IMG/VR virus record: IMGVR_UViG_3300023179_004209
Location: 103,832-167,831 of that record
Reading direction: 5' to 3' (one strand)
DNA length: 64,000 nucleotides
From: a virus
Taxonomy: Duplodnaviria > Heunggongvirae > Uroviricota > Caudoviricetes
Below the pieces are notes generated by a model that had not been told where the DNA came from, ran no database searches, and saw nothing but the letters and a program-made list of their open reading frames with translations. Positions 9,168-20,600 of this stretch are shown here, piece by piece (position 1 is the first letter of the stretch; each line of letters opens with the position of its first letter). The translations under genes and the position numbers were made by a program.

Positions 9168-12100
9168 TTAACTGAAAATTCTTATCCATCTTGTAGTGCC
9201 ATCTACAGAAATAGGCAACCAACCGTAAAATGTTCTTCCGTTAGAACCAACAGAAGCAGCCAAAACCACTCCTGTATTATCAACACGAACAGCAGGATTT
9301 GTACCATCACCGTTAACATGTAATCTTGATGCGGGACTCACCGCAATTCCAAGACCACCGCCGGAACCATTTATTCTGAAATAATAACCTGTATAATTTG
9401 CTTGAGTATTATAAAATTCTAAGAAACCTGTGGTTCCGTCTCTTTTAATTGTATACTCGTAATTTCCAGTATTATCATATCCCATTCTCAAGAAAGAAGA
9501 ATATGGGGAAACATAAGATGGGAATATCTTTATTGTTGAATTGCTGGTTAAACCAGTCATAGTAAATTCAACGGAACTGTCTAATCCAGCTGCCTTTACC
9601 GCAGCCGATGCAACTGCATTTGCAGTTGTACAAGTAGCAGCATTACCAGAACAACTTGTAGAACTACCATTGATGTTCATTGTTTGACCAGTTATAAATG
9701 CTGCAACTTTTGCTGCGGTAGCACTACGAAGATAATTATCTCCAAATTTTGCCATTATATAAGTGATATTACCTGTGCTAACATCATCAGAACAGTTAAA
9801 ATAACTTGTTTGGATATAAGATCCACCAGCATATAGTGTTACACCAGCAGTAGAATATAGTGTATTACCACTGTGCCATACTATAGGATACCAAGCACCA
9901 GATGTATTGCCTGAATTTACTGTAGCATTTGTTGCGGTTGTTGCCGTTGTAGCAGAAGTTGCACTTGTAGCAGTAGCAGCGTTACCTGATATACTTATAC
10001 CCCAAGTTCCACTTGCACCAGTTCCAGTTAGTGTCGGAGAATAAGAATTGTAATTTCCAGAATTTAAATAATATACCCAGCTTCCAAAAGATCCGCCAGT
10101 GACATTTCTTGTTGCTAATCTATTTGCATTGTCTTCCCAACCCCAAGCTACTTGGGTTCCCCAGTAATTACTACCATTAGAGTGTCTATAATTGTCAACA
10201 AACCACCAAGTATTACCGGGGTTGTTTGTCGCATTTGCATCATCACCTAAATGTCTTACAGTTCCAGCAGGTGTATTTTGGAAATCTGTATTATAATTTC
10301 CAGATGATCCGCATCTCGCTATGTAATTACTAGAATTTAATCCTGTTGCTGTTGTAGCCGTAGTCGCATTACCACTTAATGCTCCTGTAAATGTTGTAGC
10401 AGTAACCGCAGCAAACGAACATGTATCAGTTGTTCTTACATACTGATTCATATTATATGCATATGGAGAATTAGTTGCATCTAATACTGTTCTCCAAGAT
10501 TGCCATGTTCCGCTGTTTTTACCTCTTATTGCTATTTGACCAGTTCTAAAATCACCATAAATTTGATGAATCCAAGATGTGCTATATGCCGATGCATACA
10601 TACCACCATCTGTTTGTCCAAATAAACTTACACTATTAACATACCCAATACCATTATTAGTATAAGAATCTTGTGCCAATGCATTTCCACTATCTCTATT
10701 ATAAAACGCACGACCATTAATATTATCAGTTGTTGTAGCAGTAGAGGCATTGCCTGTTACGCTTATACCCCAAGTTCCGCTTGCACCTGTGCCTGTTAAA
10801 GTTGGAGAATAAGAATTGTAATTATTTGCATGTAATGCTTTATATTGCGTTGTCGCACCACCAATATAAAGATCATCAGATACAGTAAATGATTTAGCAG
10901 CAGTTAAATCAGCAGAAGCTGCAACAGTGGTTAAACTAGCAAAAGTTGCTACTGTTCCGGGATTTGTAGTAGACACCACTCCGCTTTTAATAACCCATCC
11001 GCTAGATTGTTGATTATCATATATAGAAACAGTTAAATTACATGCACTAAGAGCATATATTTGAACCATAGCGCCATCATATGTGCTGCCTCTCATTATT
11101 CTTATTGCGCTAACAGGAGGACCACCATAATAGGTATTACTTACTACTGATAATTTCGCTCCTGAATCAGTTCCATAATGAGCAGTAGCATAAAAATGAA
11201 TAGCTTGATGTAAACCACTTGTTGTATCGGTAATAGTAAATTTTGCAGATGCTCTATTAGAATCATTAGCAGCAATCGTATACCAAGCGCCCGCAGCTAA
11301 AGATATGCTTACTTGTTGAGTATTTAAATTAGAAATTGATACATTTGCAGCATTACCTGTAGTGCTCATTGTATCTAACCATCCATGATATGTAGACCAT
11401 AATCTACCATCGGTATTGATAATGAACATTCTATTTGCATCTGCACTACCACCATAATAAAATATATGAGCAAATGCGCCACCACCATGTGGATTAGTAT
11501 TACCATCGGTTCTATAAATCATGGTTCTGCTATTTCCATACATTTGGAATTGAGCATCGTCACCGTTTTCTCTTAACCATGCATTGTTGACGCTATAATT
11601 TAAACCATCCACTGTTATAGCAGCACTACCATTGAAACTTACACCATTAATTGCTCTAGCAGTTTGTAATGTAGTTGCAGTAGCAGCATTACCATCAATA
11701 CTTATGCCTGTTAATGATAATGCGGATGATGTTCTATTAAGAGTAATAGCGGTTGTTCCGACATAAAGAGTGCTATTACCCAAAACACCAGATGGTATTG
11801 TGCCGCTTAAATTACCGGCAGTTAAAGTAGATGCGGCAGTTAAATTTCCAGATGCAGTGCCTGTCAACGCTCCTGTAAATGTTGTAGCTGATACTGCGGC
11901 AAATGTAGGACTGTCAGTAGTTCTAACATACTGATTCATATTAGCAGCATATGGATATGAAGAACTATCTAATATTCTTCTCCATCCGCTGTAATTATCA
12001 TTATTCCATTGTGTTTTGTATGCTAAATCACCTGTATGAGCAGCATAAAGTTGGAAAGAATGATTTGGCAATCTCCAACTCATTACACCACCATATGTGT

Positions 12101-14126
12101 AAACTCCGGTTGGATAATTTGTATGTCCACCACCACCAATGTTTTCAACTTGAATAACATTCATTTGACCAGCACCAACTGATGATGTTGTAAATAACTG
12201 CCAATCACCACTTCTGGTACCACCATACTTCATTAAATTATAAGCACCAATTCCAGTAGATGCTGCAAAAACTTCACTTGCAATAAAATTTTCATAACCT
12301 GAACCAGGATTGTTTCTTATTGCAATTCTACCACTACTTTCCATCAAAATGTTTGATGCTACTACTCCTGACCAATGAAATCCAAGTGCAGGTGCATAAA
12401 TTTCATTGGTATTACTACCTCCACCAACTGCTTCTCTGACTTGTATATGACTCGTATAAGCTGTGCCTGTAGTAGTTGTTTGTATATAAGCATTACCCGC
12501 AGCATAAATACCACCTGAATTACCATCAATACTTATGCCTGTAAGTGATAAAGCAGACGAAGTTCTATTAAGGGTAATACCAGTCGTTCCTATATAAACT
12601 GTACTGTTACCCAAAACACCGGATGGTATTGTACCACTCAAATTTCCGGCAGTTAATGTAGAATTTGTATATAATCCATTTGTTACCGTTGCAGCATTAC
12701 CACCAATACTTAATCCAGAAACAGTGCCGGAATAAGAAGTGTCTAGTATAGTATTACCTGCATATGTAGGTCTTGCTCTTGAAAAATTAACAACACCAGC
12801 ATTTGTTGCGGACATGAATATTTGAGGTCCTGTTGCATAATTATCGGTAGTAGCAAAAGCCATTGCAGTTCCTGTACTATTATTATTCGAAACATAAATG
12901 CCTGCTTGTGCTTCTGATGCGACATCTCCTTGGAATGTAATAGCTGCTTGCCTGTTATTACCACTTGTTCCTGATCCGTTGGCAATGTGAATTGTTCCTA
13001 CTACAGTTTTTCCAACACTGAAACTGTTATTTGCAACACCCGTTGCAGTATTCATAGTAGTATAAATTTGTCCGTCAGCTCTAATACTAATAGCCAAAAC
13101 ACCACCAGGAGTATTTGATGAACCACTGTTATATCCTTGGAAAAATATATTTGAAGCACCGTTTGGATTATCACTTATTGCTGTAAAAATACCAGCACTA
13201 CCATAACTGTAACCTGCACCAATTTGTCTGCCGACATACATTGCTTGTCCAGCAGCAGTAGATACAATTAATTGTGTAGATGTATTGTTTCCTCTTCCAG
13301 ATACAGTTCCTAAAGTTTCACTTGCTGCAGTACCAACAATGTTCATTGTTTGACCGCTAATAAAAGCAGCTACTTTTGCTGCAGTAGCACTACGATGGTA
13401 ATTATCACCAAACTTAGCCATAATGTAAGTGATATTACTTGTACTTACATCATCGCTTGTATTTACATAAGTTCCTGAAACATATCTAGTTGCAGTTAAA
13501 TCTCCTGCATTACTTAACACCATTTGTGTTGCGCTATTCGCATACCATCTTATATTTGCATCATCTCCAGATGCCATGTAATTATACCATTTTACTGTTC
13601 CGCTTGTTTGAAATTGTATACCACCTTCATAATTTGTTCTATTAATTACCAAATATGTATGTGTATTTGTTGTGCCATTAATAGTTAATTGAGGAAATGA
13701 AGTTCCAAAACTTGACCCACCAGCAGCAGATAATGTGCCGTTAACAGTTAAATTGTTATAAACAGTAACATTTCCACCTTGAGCAATAGTTAAACCATCA
13801 ATCCATGCATTTCCAGAAGCATTTCCTATACCAAATCTTTGTGTAGATGTATATGAGCCTGGATACATTTGACTGTTTCCGGATTGTAAATAAGTTGAAG
13901 CGTAAATTTGAGCTCCTGCTTGAAATCCCGCAGAAGCTTGTATATAACTACTGCCACCTCTGTATAATCTAGCACCTGTATCGTCACCAAACTGCAATCC
14001 TTCGGTTGCTGCGGTTGGAGATAGCTGACCTATTTGTAATCTTGTAGCAGGTGCGTTTGTAGCAATACCCACTTTATTATTAATATAAGCGTCACCGAAA
14101 ATATTTGTTGTCTTTAAGTCTGCCAT
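9168..14126 (-). CDS. Long mosaic tail fibre (1652 aa)
   Basis: Gly/Thr/Ser/Asn-rich; GNAATAT shaft repeats, three knob-like domains ending W..W, four duplicated internal modules. Confidence 0.85.
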   Translation of the reverse strand: MADLKTTNIFGDAYINNKVGIATNAPATRLQIGQLSPTAATEGLQFGDDTGARLYRGGSSYIQASAGFQAGAQIYASTYLQSGNSQMYPGSYTSTQRFGIGNASGNAWIDGLTIAQGGNVTVYNNLTVNGTLSAAGGSSFGTSFPQLTINGTTNTHTYLVINRTNYEGGIQFQTSGTVKWYNYMASGDDANIRWYANSATQMVLSNAGDLTATRYVSGTYVNTSDDVSTSNITYIMAKFGDNYHRSATAAKVAAFISGQTMNIVGTAASETLGTVSGRGNNTSTQLIVSTAAGQAMYVGRQIGAGYSYGSAGIFTAISDNPNGASNIFFQGYNSGSSNTPGGVLAISIRADGQIYTTMNTATGVANNSFSVGKTVVGTIHIANGSGTSGNNRQAAITFQGDVASEAQAGIYVSNNNSTGTAMAFATTDNYATGPQIFMSATNAGVVNFSRARPTYAGNTILDTSYSGTVSGLSIGGNAATVTNGLYTNSTLTAGNLSGTIPSGVLGNSTVYIGTTGITLNRTSSALSLTGISIDGNSGGIYAAGNAYIQTTTTGTAYTSHIQVREAVGGGSNTNEIYAPALGFHWSGVVASNILMESSGRIAIRNNPGSGYENFIASEVFAASTGIGAYNLMKYGGTRSGDWQLFTTSSVGAGQMNVIQVENIGGGGHTNYPTGVYTYGGVMSWRLPNHSFQLYAAHTGDLAYKTQWNNDNYSGWRRILDSSSYPYAANMNQYVRTTDSPTFAAVSATTFTGALTGTASGNLTAASTLTAGNLSGTIPSGVLGNSTLYVGTTAITLNRTSSALSLTGISIDGNAATATTLQTARAINGVSFNGSAAITVDGLNYSVNNAWLRENGDDAQFQMYGNSRTMIYRTDGNTNPHGGGAFAHIFYYGGSADANRMFIINTDGRLWSTYHGWLDTMSTTGNAANVSISNLNTQQVSISLAAGAWYTIAANDSNRASAKFTITDTTSGLHQAIHFYATAHYGTDSGAKLSVVSNTYYGGPPVSAIRIMRGSTYDGAMVQIYALSACNLTVSIYDNQQSSGWVIKSGVVSTTNPGTVATFASLTTVAASADLTAAKSFTVSDDLYIGGATTQYKALHANNYNSYSPTLTGTGASGTWGISVTGNASTATTTDNINGRAFYNRDSGNALAQDSYTNNGIGYVNSVSLFGQTDGGMYASAYSTSWIHQIYGDFRTGQIAIRGKNSGTWQSWRTVLDATNSPYAYNMNQYVRTTDTCSFAAVTATTFTGALSGNATTATTATGLNSSNYIARCGSSGNYNTDFQNTPAGTVRHLGDDANATNNPGNTWWFVDNYRHSNGSNYWGTQVAWGWEDNANRLATRNVTGGSFGSWVYYLNSGNYNSYSPTLTGTGASGTWGISISGNAATATSATSATTATTATNATVNSGNTSGAWYPIVWHSGNTLYSTAGVTLYAGGSYIQTSYFNCSDDVSTGNITYIMAKFGDNYLRSATAAKVAAFITGQTMNINGSSTSCSGNAATCTTANAVASAAVKAAGLDSSVEFTMTGLTSNSTIKIFPSYVSPYSSFLRMGYDNTGNYEYTIKRDGTTGFLEFYNTQANYTGYYFRINGSGGGLGIAVSPASRLHVNGDGTNPAVRVDNTGVVLAASVGSNGRTFYGWLPISVDGTTRWIRIFS

Positions 14127-14131
14127 ATGGT

Positions 14132-14139
14132 TATAAATA
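14132..14139 (-). promoter_or_regulatory. TATTTATA late-gene motif
   Basis: Exact match 5 nt before the ATG at 14126. Confidence 0.7.
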
Positions 14140-14143
14140 TATA

Positions 14144-15388
14144 TTAATATCCGTATTTATCTTTATATAAATTGCTTATTTGTTTGATTTCTGACGCAGT
14201 TAAAACCCTCTCATACATCAAAACTACAGCAATATCTCCCACCCAAGGATAAGCATTGGTTCCTTGTGGAGAACCATTTGGTTCATTTCCTATAGTTAAT
14301 GGGTAAGAAGGATTTGATAATAAACCACTATTTAGATTTGTAGCCGCATAACAATGAAAACCAGCATTATACATAACAAATGTATCATTATTTACTTGAA
14401 CACCATCAACATACAATGTGTCTCCACTACCATTTTGATGCCATGTATTTCCTGATGCATTTTGATATAAATCAATATAATTTTCGCCGTCACTATTTCC
14501 TATCAACTTTCTCCATCCACCGGAAACGGTACTTCTAGCAACCACAACAACTGTATATCCTTGACCAAGTTGACTTGTCTTTAAATTTTGTGGGAAATTA
14601 CTTCTAAAAATCTTATTGCCATTACCAGTGCTATTTCCTGTAAAATTACTAAATCCTGTGTCTTTATTCCAAGTAATATTACCTTGTATTGTAAAATCAT
14701 TGCCCCTACCACTCAAATCTCTCCAAACATTACCATTGTTTCTTACATTATTAGTGCTATTTGGACCATAAACAAATCTAGATGCATAATTTAACATTTC
14801 TAATTGTGGATTTTTATACAAAATAAATCCATCCGCAGCAAGTCTTACACTTCCGCAAGCGCCAGGATATAAAAATGCTCTTACATACGGATACCCAGCC
14901 AAAGAAACAGTAGATGTTAATACAACGGATCTCCAAACACCAAGCGCTTGACCGCTATTTGATATCGATCCAGCCGCACATTGTTCAAAATTAGCTATAT
15001 AATCTGTTTCAATAGTAGTTCCTGTACTGATTAAATAATCAAAACTAAATTGAACGGTAGATCCTGTTGGAAAAACAGAAGGAACAGCAACATCTACACC
15101 GTGATAATGACATCCTAATGTTCCTAATTCATATCTATAAACAACATCAGTTGGTTTTATTGTATAACCACCATAACTTCCACTTCTTATTCTCTGAAAT
15201 GTGCCTGTTCCATTGACAGGAAAAGTTCCTTCTGTAGGAACAAAATAATTTGTTGTTGGTCCGCCATCATAACTAGCTTCGTCACTTGAATCTAAATACA
15301 ATATCAATCCCTCTTTAACAGGAACTTCACTTAATGTTGATACAGTTGAATACTGTCCTCTTTTGCTTAATGAACTTATAACACTCAT
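14144..15388 (-). CDS. LamG/concanavalin-A-like lectin domain protein
   Basis: 'GLILYLD..SY', 'WRDLSGRGND' and C-terminal 'GDIAVVLMYERVLTASEIKQ' LamG-3 pattern. Confidence 0.8.
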   Translation of the reverse strand: MSVISSLSKRGQYSTVSTLSEVPVKEGLILYLDSSDEASYDGGPTTNYFVPTEGTFPVNGTGTFQRIRSGSYGGYTIKPTDVVYRYELGTLGCHYHGVDVAVPSVFPTGSTVQFSFDYLISTGTTIETDYIANFEQCAAGSISNSGQALGVWRSVVLTSTVSLAGYPYVRAFLYPGACGSVRLAADGFILYKNPQLEMLNYASRFVYGPNSTNNVRNNGNVWRDLSGRGNDFTIQGNITWNKDTGFSNFTGNSTGNGNKIFRSNFPQNLKTSQLGQGYTVVVVARSTVSGGWRKLIGNSDGENYIDLYQNASGNTWHQNGSGDTLYVDGVQVNNDTFVMYNAGFHCYAATNLNSGLLSNPSYPLTIGNEPNGSPQGTNAYPWVGDIAVVLMYERVLTASEIKQISNLYKDKYGY

Positions 15389-16659
15389 ATATGTTTCTGT
15401 ATTCCTAATTTATATAATGTTGATACTTCATCCGCAGTTAGTGCATGATCATAAATTCTTATTTCACCTATATATCCTTTTAAATTGTGAATTGCATTTG
15501 CAGTATTTACTGTATTTGGCGCAGTTCCAATTATAATACCACCACCCTGACCAGATGCGGGTTTTGACCATGCACTTGTTGAACTTGATGATGATATTCT
15601 GCTTCCAATTTGCGTTGCATCATAATATTTGACTATACTATTTTTATACATACCATCATTATTATAAACTCCAGTATACATATGCCATCCACTTGTATTT
15701 ACCGCATCGTTTCTACTACTCAATGATGGTCCGCCATTTCTTTCTACGATAAATCCAAAATCAGTAGTAGTATTGCCTGTTCCATATATAAGTAAATTAA
15801 TTCCATAACTACTACTATCTCTATAACCAAATAAATACATTGATGTATTTGTAGCATTTGCTAATTTATTTGCCCAAACTACTATAGTAAAACTTTTTCC
15901 TGAAGACAATAAGTTAGAAGCAATATTTGCATCCAATACTCGTATACAATTATTAGCACTAGATCCGTCAAAATAAAATGTGTTATTATGAAATACAGTA
16001 GTTGTAACATAACTTCCATAAGTCAAATCACCATTGTTATTGTTTCCAGTTAAATCAATCAAACCACCACCAGTCGCAACTGTTACACCTCTTGTCCCAC
16101 CAGCGCCAGCATAATTTGTTAAATGATTACTTTTTTCTAATTGATGATTTACTGCAATTTGTGTATTATCCGTATTATATTCATATGTAAACGAATAAGT
16201 ATTTATGTATGCAGTAGTTGCTTGTGTTGTAAATGTTCCAAAAATTCTATACCAACCACCAGGATATGGTATTCTATTAACAGAACTCCAAACACCAGCT
16301 TCTGTTAAGTAAGTTCCTCCACTATTATATTCGTATCTGTATAAATAATTTGCATTACCATAATCATTATTTACAACTTTATAAAATGCACTATAACAAT
16401 ATACAGTAGATGCTGTTAAATATACTCCGGTTTGATAAGTAAAAAACGATGGACAACAGTTAACATTGCCGGGATTGTTATATCTATTTATGGAAGCAGT
16501 TTGAACTCCGTTTGGTGTCCATATACCTCTATACGATGATGTATATGGAAATGCAAATCCACCATTAGCTGTAGGATACGCTGCAGTAAACAAATTGGTG
16601 GTGGGTTCACCTCTGAAACAGGTTACATCATATGGATCGTAATATAACTTTAAACTCAT
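15385..16659 (-). CDS. LamG/concanavalin-A-like lectin domain protein
   Basis: 'DLTGNNNNG', 'FTIVVW', 'WHMYTGVY', 'GYIGEIRIYDHALTADEVSTLY'. Confidence 0.82.
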   Translation of the reverse strand: MSLKLYYDPYDVTCFRGEPTTNLFTAAYPTANGGFAFPYTSSYRGIWTPNGVQTASINRYNNPGNVNCCPSFFTYQTGVYLTASTVYCYSAFYKVVNNDYGNANYLYRYEYNSGGTYLTEAGVWSSVNRIPYPGGWYRIFGTFTTQATTAYINTYSFTYEYNTDNTQIAVNHQLEKSNHLTNYAGAGGTRGVTVATGGGLIDLTGNNNNGDLTYGSYVTTTVFHNNTFYFDGSSANNCIRVLDANIASNLLSSGKSFTIVVWANKLANATNTSMYLFGYRDSSSYGINLLIYGTGNTTTDFGFIVERNGGPSLSSRNDAVNTSGWHMYTGVYNNDGMYKNSIVKYYDATQIGSRISSSSSTSAWSKPASGQGGGIIIGTAPNTVNTANAIHNLKGYIGEIRIYDHALTADEVSTLYKLGIQKHI

Positions 16660-17657
16660 GATATTCCTAATTCGTTGAAATTTTGTGCAAATGCAGTTCC
16701 CAATTTGGCTCTACTCATTTGTTTGTTATAAGCATATGTTTGACTTCTATTTGTCATATTAGCAAATACTACATTGTCATAATATAATACTGCAGTAGAT
16801 GCTTGACCGTAATTAGAAAGCGCCATCCATGTTACATATTTAGTTCCGTATCTAAATACATTATATCCGCAACCAGATGATTTGCCTTCACCTGTTAAAG
16901 TAACACTATATTTTGTCCATGTGGTAGGAAACGAACCACCGCAACTTAAATAATAACCATAAGTTCCTCCTGCTAAACCATTTGATACAGGAGTTCCCGC
17001 TGGCAATGTTCCAAAACTCCATGTCATATTATTATTTACGCCGTCTGTCGATAAATATAATGTATTTCCGGTTCTGGTTCCAAAATATATATCTGGATAT
17101 GTTGGATGACCAAATCCAAATCTAGTATAACCCCACGGAGTATAATATTTAGGATGATTTGCAGGAAAAAATAATATATTTTTAAAATAATACTGTGCAC
17201 CTGTTGCTTGCCATCCTGATGCATCTGTTAATGTAATTGTTGTATCGCCATTATTTACTGCTGCAGCTAATGTAGTATTACCACTATCTCCGTTATTTCT
17301 TAAATCTATAAAATTAAAATCTTCATCAAAACATTGTAATCCAGCATAACCTGCACTTTGTAAAGAACCAACTGATTTAAAATAAGCACTCAATAAATAA
17401 GTATCACCTGTATTTACAGGTATATAAACTCCTCCCGTATAACCTCTATAACCAACATCAACAAAACAATACGAACCGTCATAAGAACCAGTTCTACTTA
17501 CACCACCGGCATTGATATTATAAGTGGAACCAAATTCTGCGTCACCATTGACCATTAGATTTGCTAGACCTGTTTCTGGGTCAATAGAAACACGGTCATC
17601 AAAATTATATCCTTTTGTATAAAATATATTGTTGGTAGAACCTGATATTATATTCAT
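16656..17657 (-). CDS. Putative carbohydrate-binding (CBM-like) virion protein
   Basis: 'NLMVNGDAEFG', 'IPVNTGDTYLLSAYFK', 'WTKYS', 'YYDNVVF' galactose-binding-like jelly-roll pattern; ATGA-coupled to the LamG genes. Confidence 0.6.
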   Translation of the reverse strand: MNIISGSTNNIFYTKGYNFDDRVSIDPETGLANLMVNGDAEFGSTYNINAGGVSRTGSYDGSYCFVDVGYRGYTGGVYIPVNTGDTYLLSAYFKSVGSLQSAGYAGLQCFDEDFNFIDLRNNGDSGNTTLAAAVNNGDTTITLTDASGWQATGAQYYFKNILFFPANHPKYYTPWGYTRFGFGHPTYPDIYFGTRTGNTLYLSTDGVNNNMTWSFGTLPAGTPVSNGLAGGTYGYYLSCGGSFPTTWTKYSVTLTGEGKSSGCGYNVFRYGTKYVTWMALSNYGQASTAVLYYDNVVFANMTNRSQTYAYNKQMSRAKLGTAFAQNFNELGIS

Positions 17658-17668
17658 ATCTTTAATTA

Positions 17669-20600
17669 TTAACCAACCCAGTTAAAATCTAAACTATCAC
17701 TTGCACTATCCCATTCAATTCTCCACTTTGCAGTACCTGTTGTAGCAGCACTGATTTCAAATCCACCAGTTCCACTTGCACCTCTGGTTCTTACTATACC
17801 TTCTACATCCAATTTACGACCTGGATTACTTGTTCCAATACCAACATTTCCGTTATTTAACAACATCATTTTTAAACTATCCGCAGTTTGGAATTGTATA
17901 TCTCCTGTTCCTCTTGCGTTTAGATACAATGATGTATTATTTGTTGTTCTTATTTCATTTGAACCAGGAGTTGTATCATATGATGTTCCTAATAATATAC
18001 CACGAACAGAAACTGATTGAGCGCCGTTAGTTGTAGTTAACAGTGCAAACGATGTATCACTTTTTATTTGACCTAGATTTGTTTGAAGATAACCAGTTGC
18101 AGTAAAATTTACACCAGTATAACTATTGCCAGTGTTTAATGCATTTGCAGTAGTAGCCGTGGTTGCAGTAGCGGCATTACCGTCAATACTAACACCAGTA
18201 AGTGATAAAGCAGATGATGTTCTATTAATAGCAACAGCAGTTGTACCTATATACATTGTTTGATTTGTTGCTGCAGCACCTAATTCGGCTAATGTCCAAC
18301 TTACATCTGCACTTCCATTTACAGATTTTCCTGTTGATCCAATTGTCAATGTTCTTGCAGTAGTCCATATAGCTGCAGAATCAGCATAGCCAGCATAAAC
18401 TTTACCCCAAGATCCCCAAGTATTCGATTCTTTTTGTCTAATCCACAAATAATTATTTCCACCACCAACATTAATTCTTGGAAATGCTATTTGATTTACA
18501 TATGCTGAATAAGCATAATCATTACCAAGACCCATTGATATTACATAATATTGATTAGCTGGTTGACCTGCAGGAGCATCAGCAGCATTTTGACCCTGCA
18601 TGAAATAAAAACCAAAATCAGGTAAAGCACCAAAAGTAGTATATGTGGTATGATTATTACCAGTATTATTAAATAATTGAACTTTTGTTACTCCGCCAAG
18701 TTGTGTTGAATTGGTTGCAGTAGCTGCATTACCACTTGTATTTTGATTTCCAGCCGTATTTACGCCAGGAAGATTTATATCTGCGGAACCGTTAAAACTT
18801 ACACCACCTATGTTTCTTGCTGTTTGTAATGTAGTAGTAGTAGCCGCATTACCACTTATACTTCCGTTAATAGCATTTCTAAATACTGCGGTTCCAGCAT
18901 CCGTGATATAAAATTCAAAATTACTGGTACCATAATTATAAAATCCTATACCAGTTTGAACTGTGCCATTATTATCTCTTCCAAACCACCATTTATTTGT
19001 TCCAGCATCTTGAATTATGATTGCTCTTTCTGTATTAGTTGCACCGTTTAATGTAAAAAATGGTGCACTATCAGCGGTATTTGTATTTGTTGCAATTATT
19101 CCCGATCCTGTGAATGAACCCGTAAATGAAGTGGCAGTTACACTTGCAAATGTTGGAGTTGCTCCTGTGTGAATATTCTGTGGTAAACTTATTGTTATAC
19201 CACCTGTAGACGAATTGACACTTACTTGATTGGTTGTACCTGCTAAACTCGTAACGCCAGTGTTAGTGACTGTTACAGCACCAGTTGCAGATACATTTGC
19301 ACTTAAACCAGTATTGGTTGTTAATGATGTTACACCTGTATTTGTTATTGTTACGGTTGTCGCACCACTTTGATTTGTTGTAAATGTATTGGTTGTACCA
19401 ACACCAACACCTGTTCCAGCTGCAATTGTAATAGTTCCATTTCCTACATTCAATGCAGTTACTGCATTTGCAGCCCAACTACTTGTAATTGCCCAAGTTC
19501 CACTTGCATTTGTTCCATCCGTCCAACAAACATCTTTATAAGTTGAATAAGCACTAGCAGAATTAAATGTTTGTTGCCATATTCTCATTCCAAGAATATC
19601 TTTACGGAACATTACAAGATTATCATTTCCGCCAGTTGCATCTGTATATGAACGCAAATGCAAATAATCTGCCCAAGGTCCAGTGCTATTATTAGTCCAA
19701 CTGGTAAATCCAAATTGAAGATATCCATTTGAAATATTATTTGGAGCAATTGTTCTGATATCTTTCGTCAATAACTGTCCATTTGTACCAGTTACAGTTG
19801 TTGCACTTCCTGCTGTTGTTGATGAAGCAGCACTACCACCAATACTTAATCCAGAAGCAGTTCCTGTTAAACCTGTTCCCGCACCACTAAAACTACTACC
19901 ACTAATTACACCAACTACATGCAATGGCGTTGTAGGAAGTGTTGTTGATATACCCACATTACCATTAGCAATTATGGTAATTCTTTCTAAACCATTTGTA
20001 TACAACCTTGTTATTCCGTGCGTATAGTTAGCATTATTTTTGCTTATTTGTCCTATTTGTAATATACCTCCAGAATTTCCAATAGTGCCTGGCGTATAAG
20101 CTATTCCAATTTGATTATCCCAATCCCAAGTTTTTCCTAAAACCAAAGTGTTTGTAGGATTATTACCAATCATCCATAGATTACCATCGTTATAACCTAA
20201 CAAATCAAATCCATAATATCTAACACGCTCATAACCAGGAGTCAATCTTACACTTACTACATCATTGCCAGCTGCACCTACATCTAATTTATAAGATGGA
20301 CTACTTGTACCTATACCAACCAAACCTGCTTTTGTTATTCTTATATTGTTATCAATCTGTGTACCACCGTTATTAGAACCAAATACCAAATCATCTGTAG
20401 TATCTGTTCCTATATATCCAATATAATGATTACCGTCCGCACTTCCTCTTTCTCTTCTCCAACGCAATCCACCCCAACTTGATGTTGTAGGCATTGAAAA
20501 TGAAAGACCTTCAGCCCAAGCAGATGAAGCAGGTACACATCTTATATTTCCAACTACATCCAATTTTTGAGCAGCAGAGGTTGTTCCTATACCAACATTA

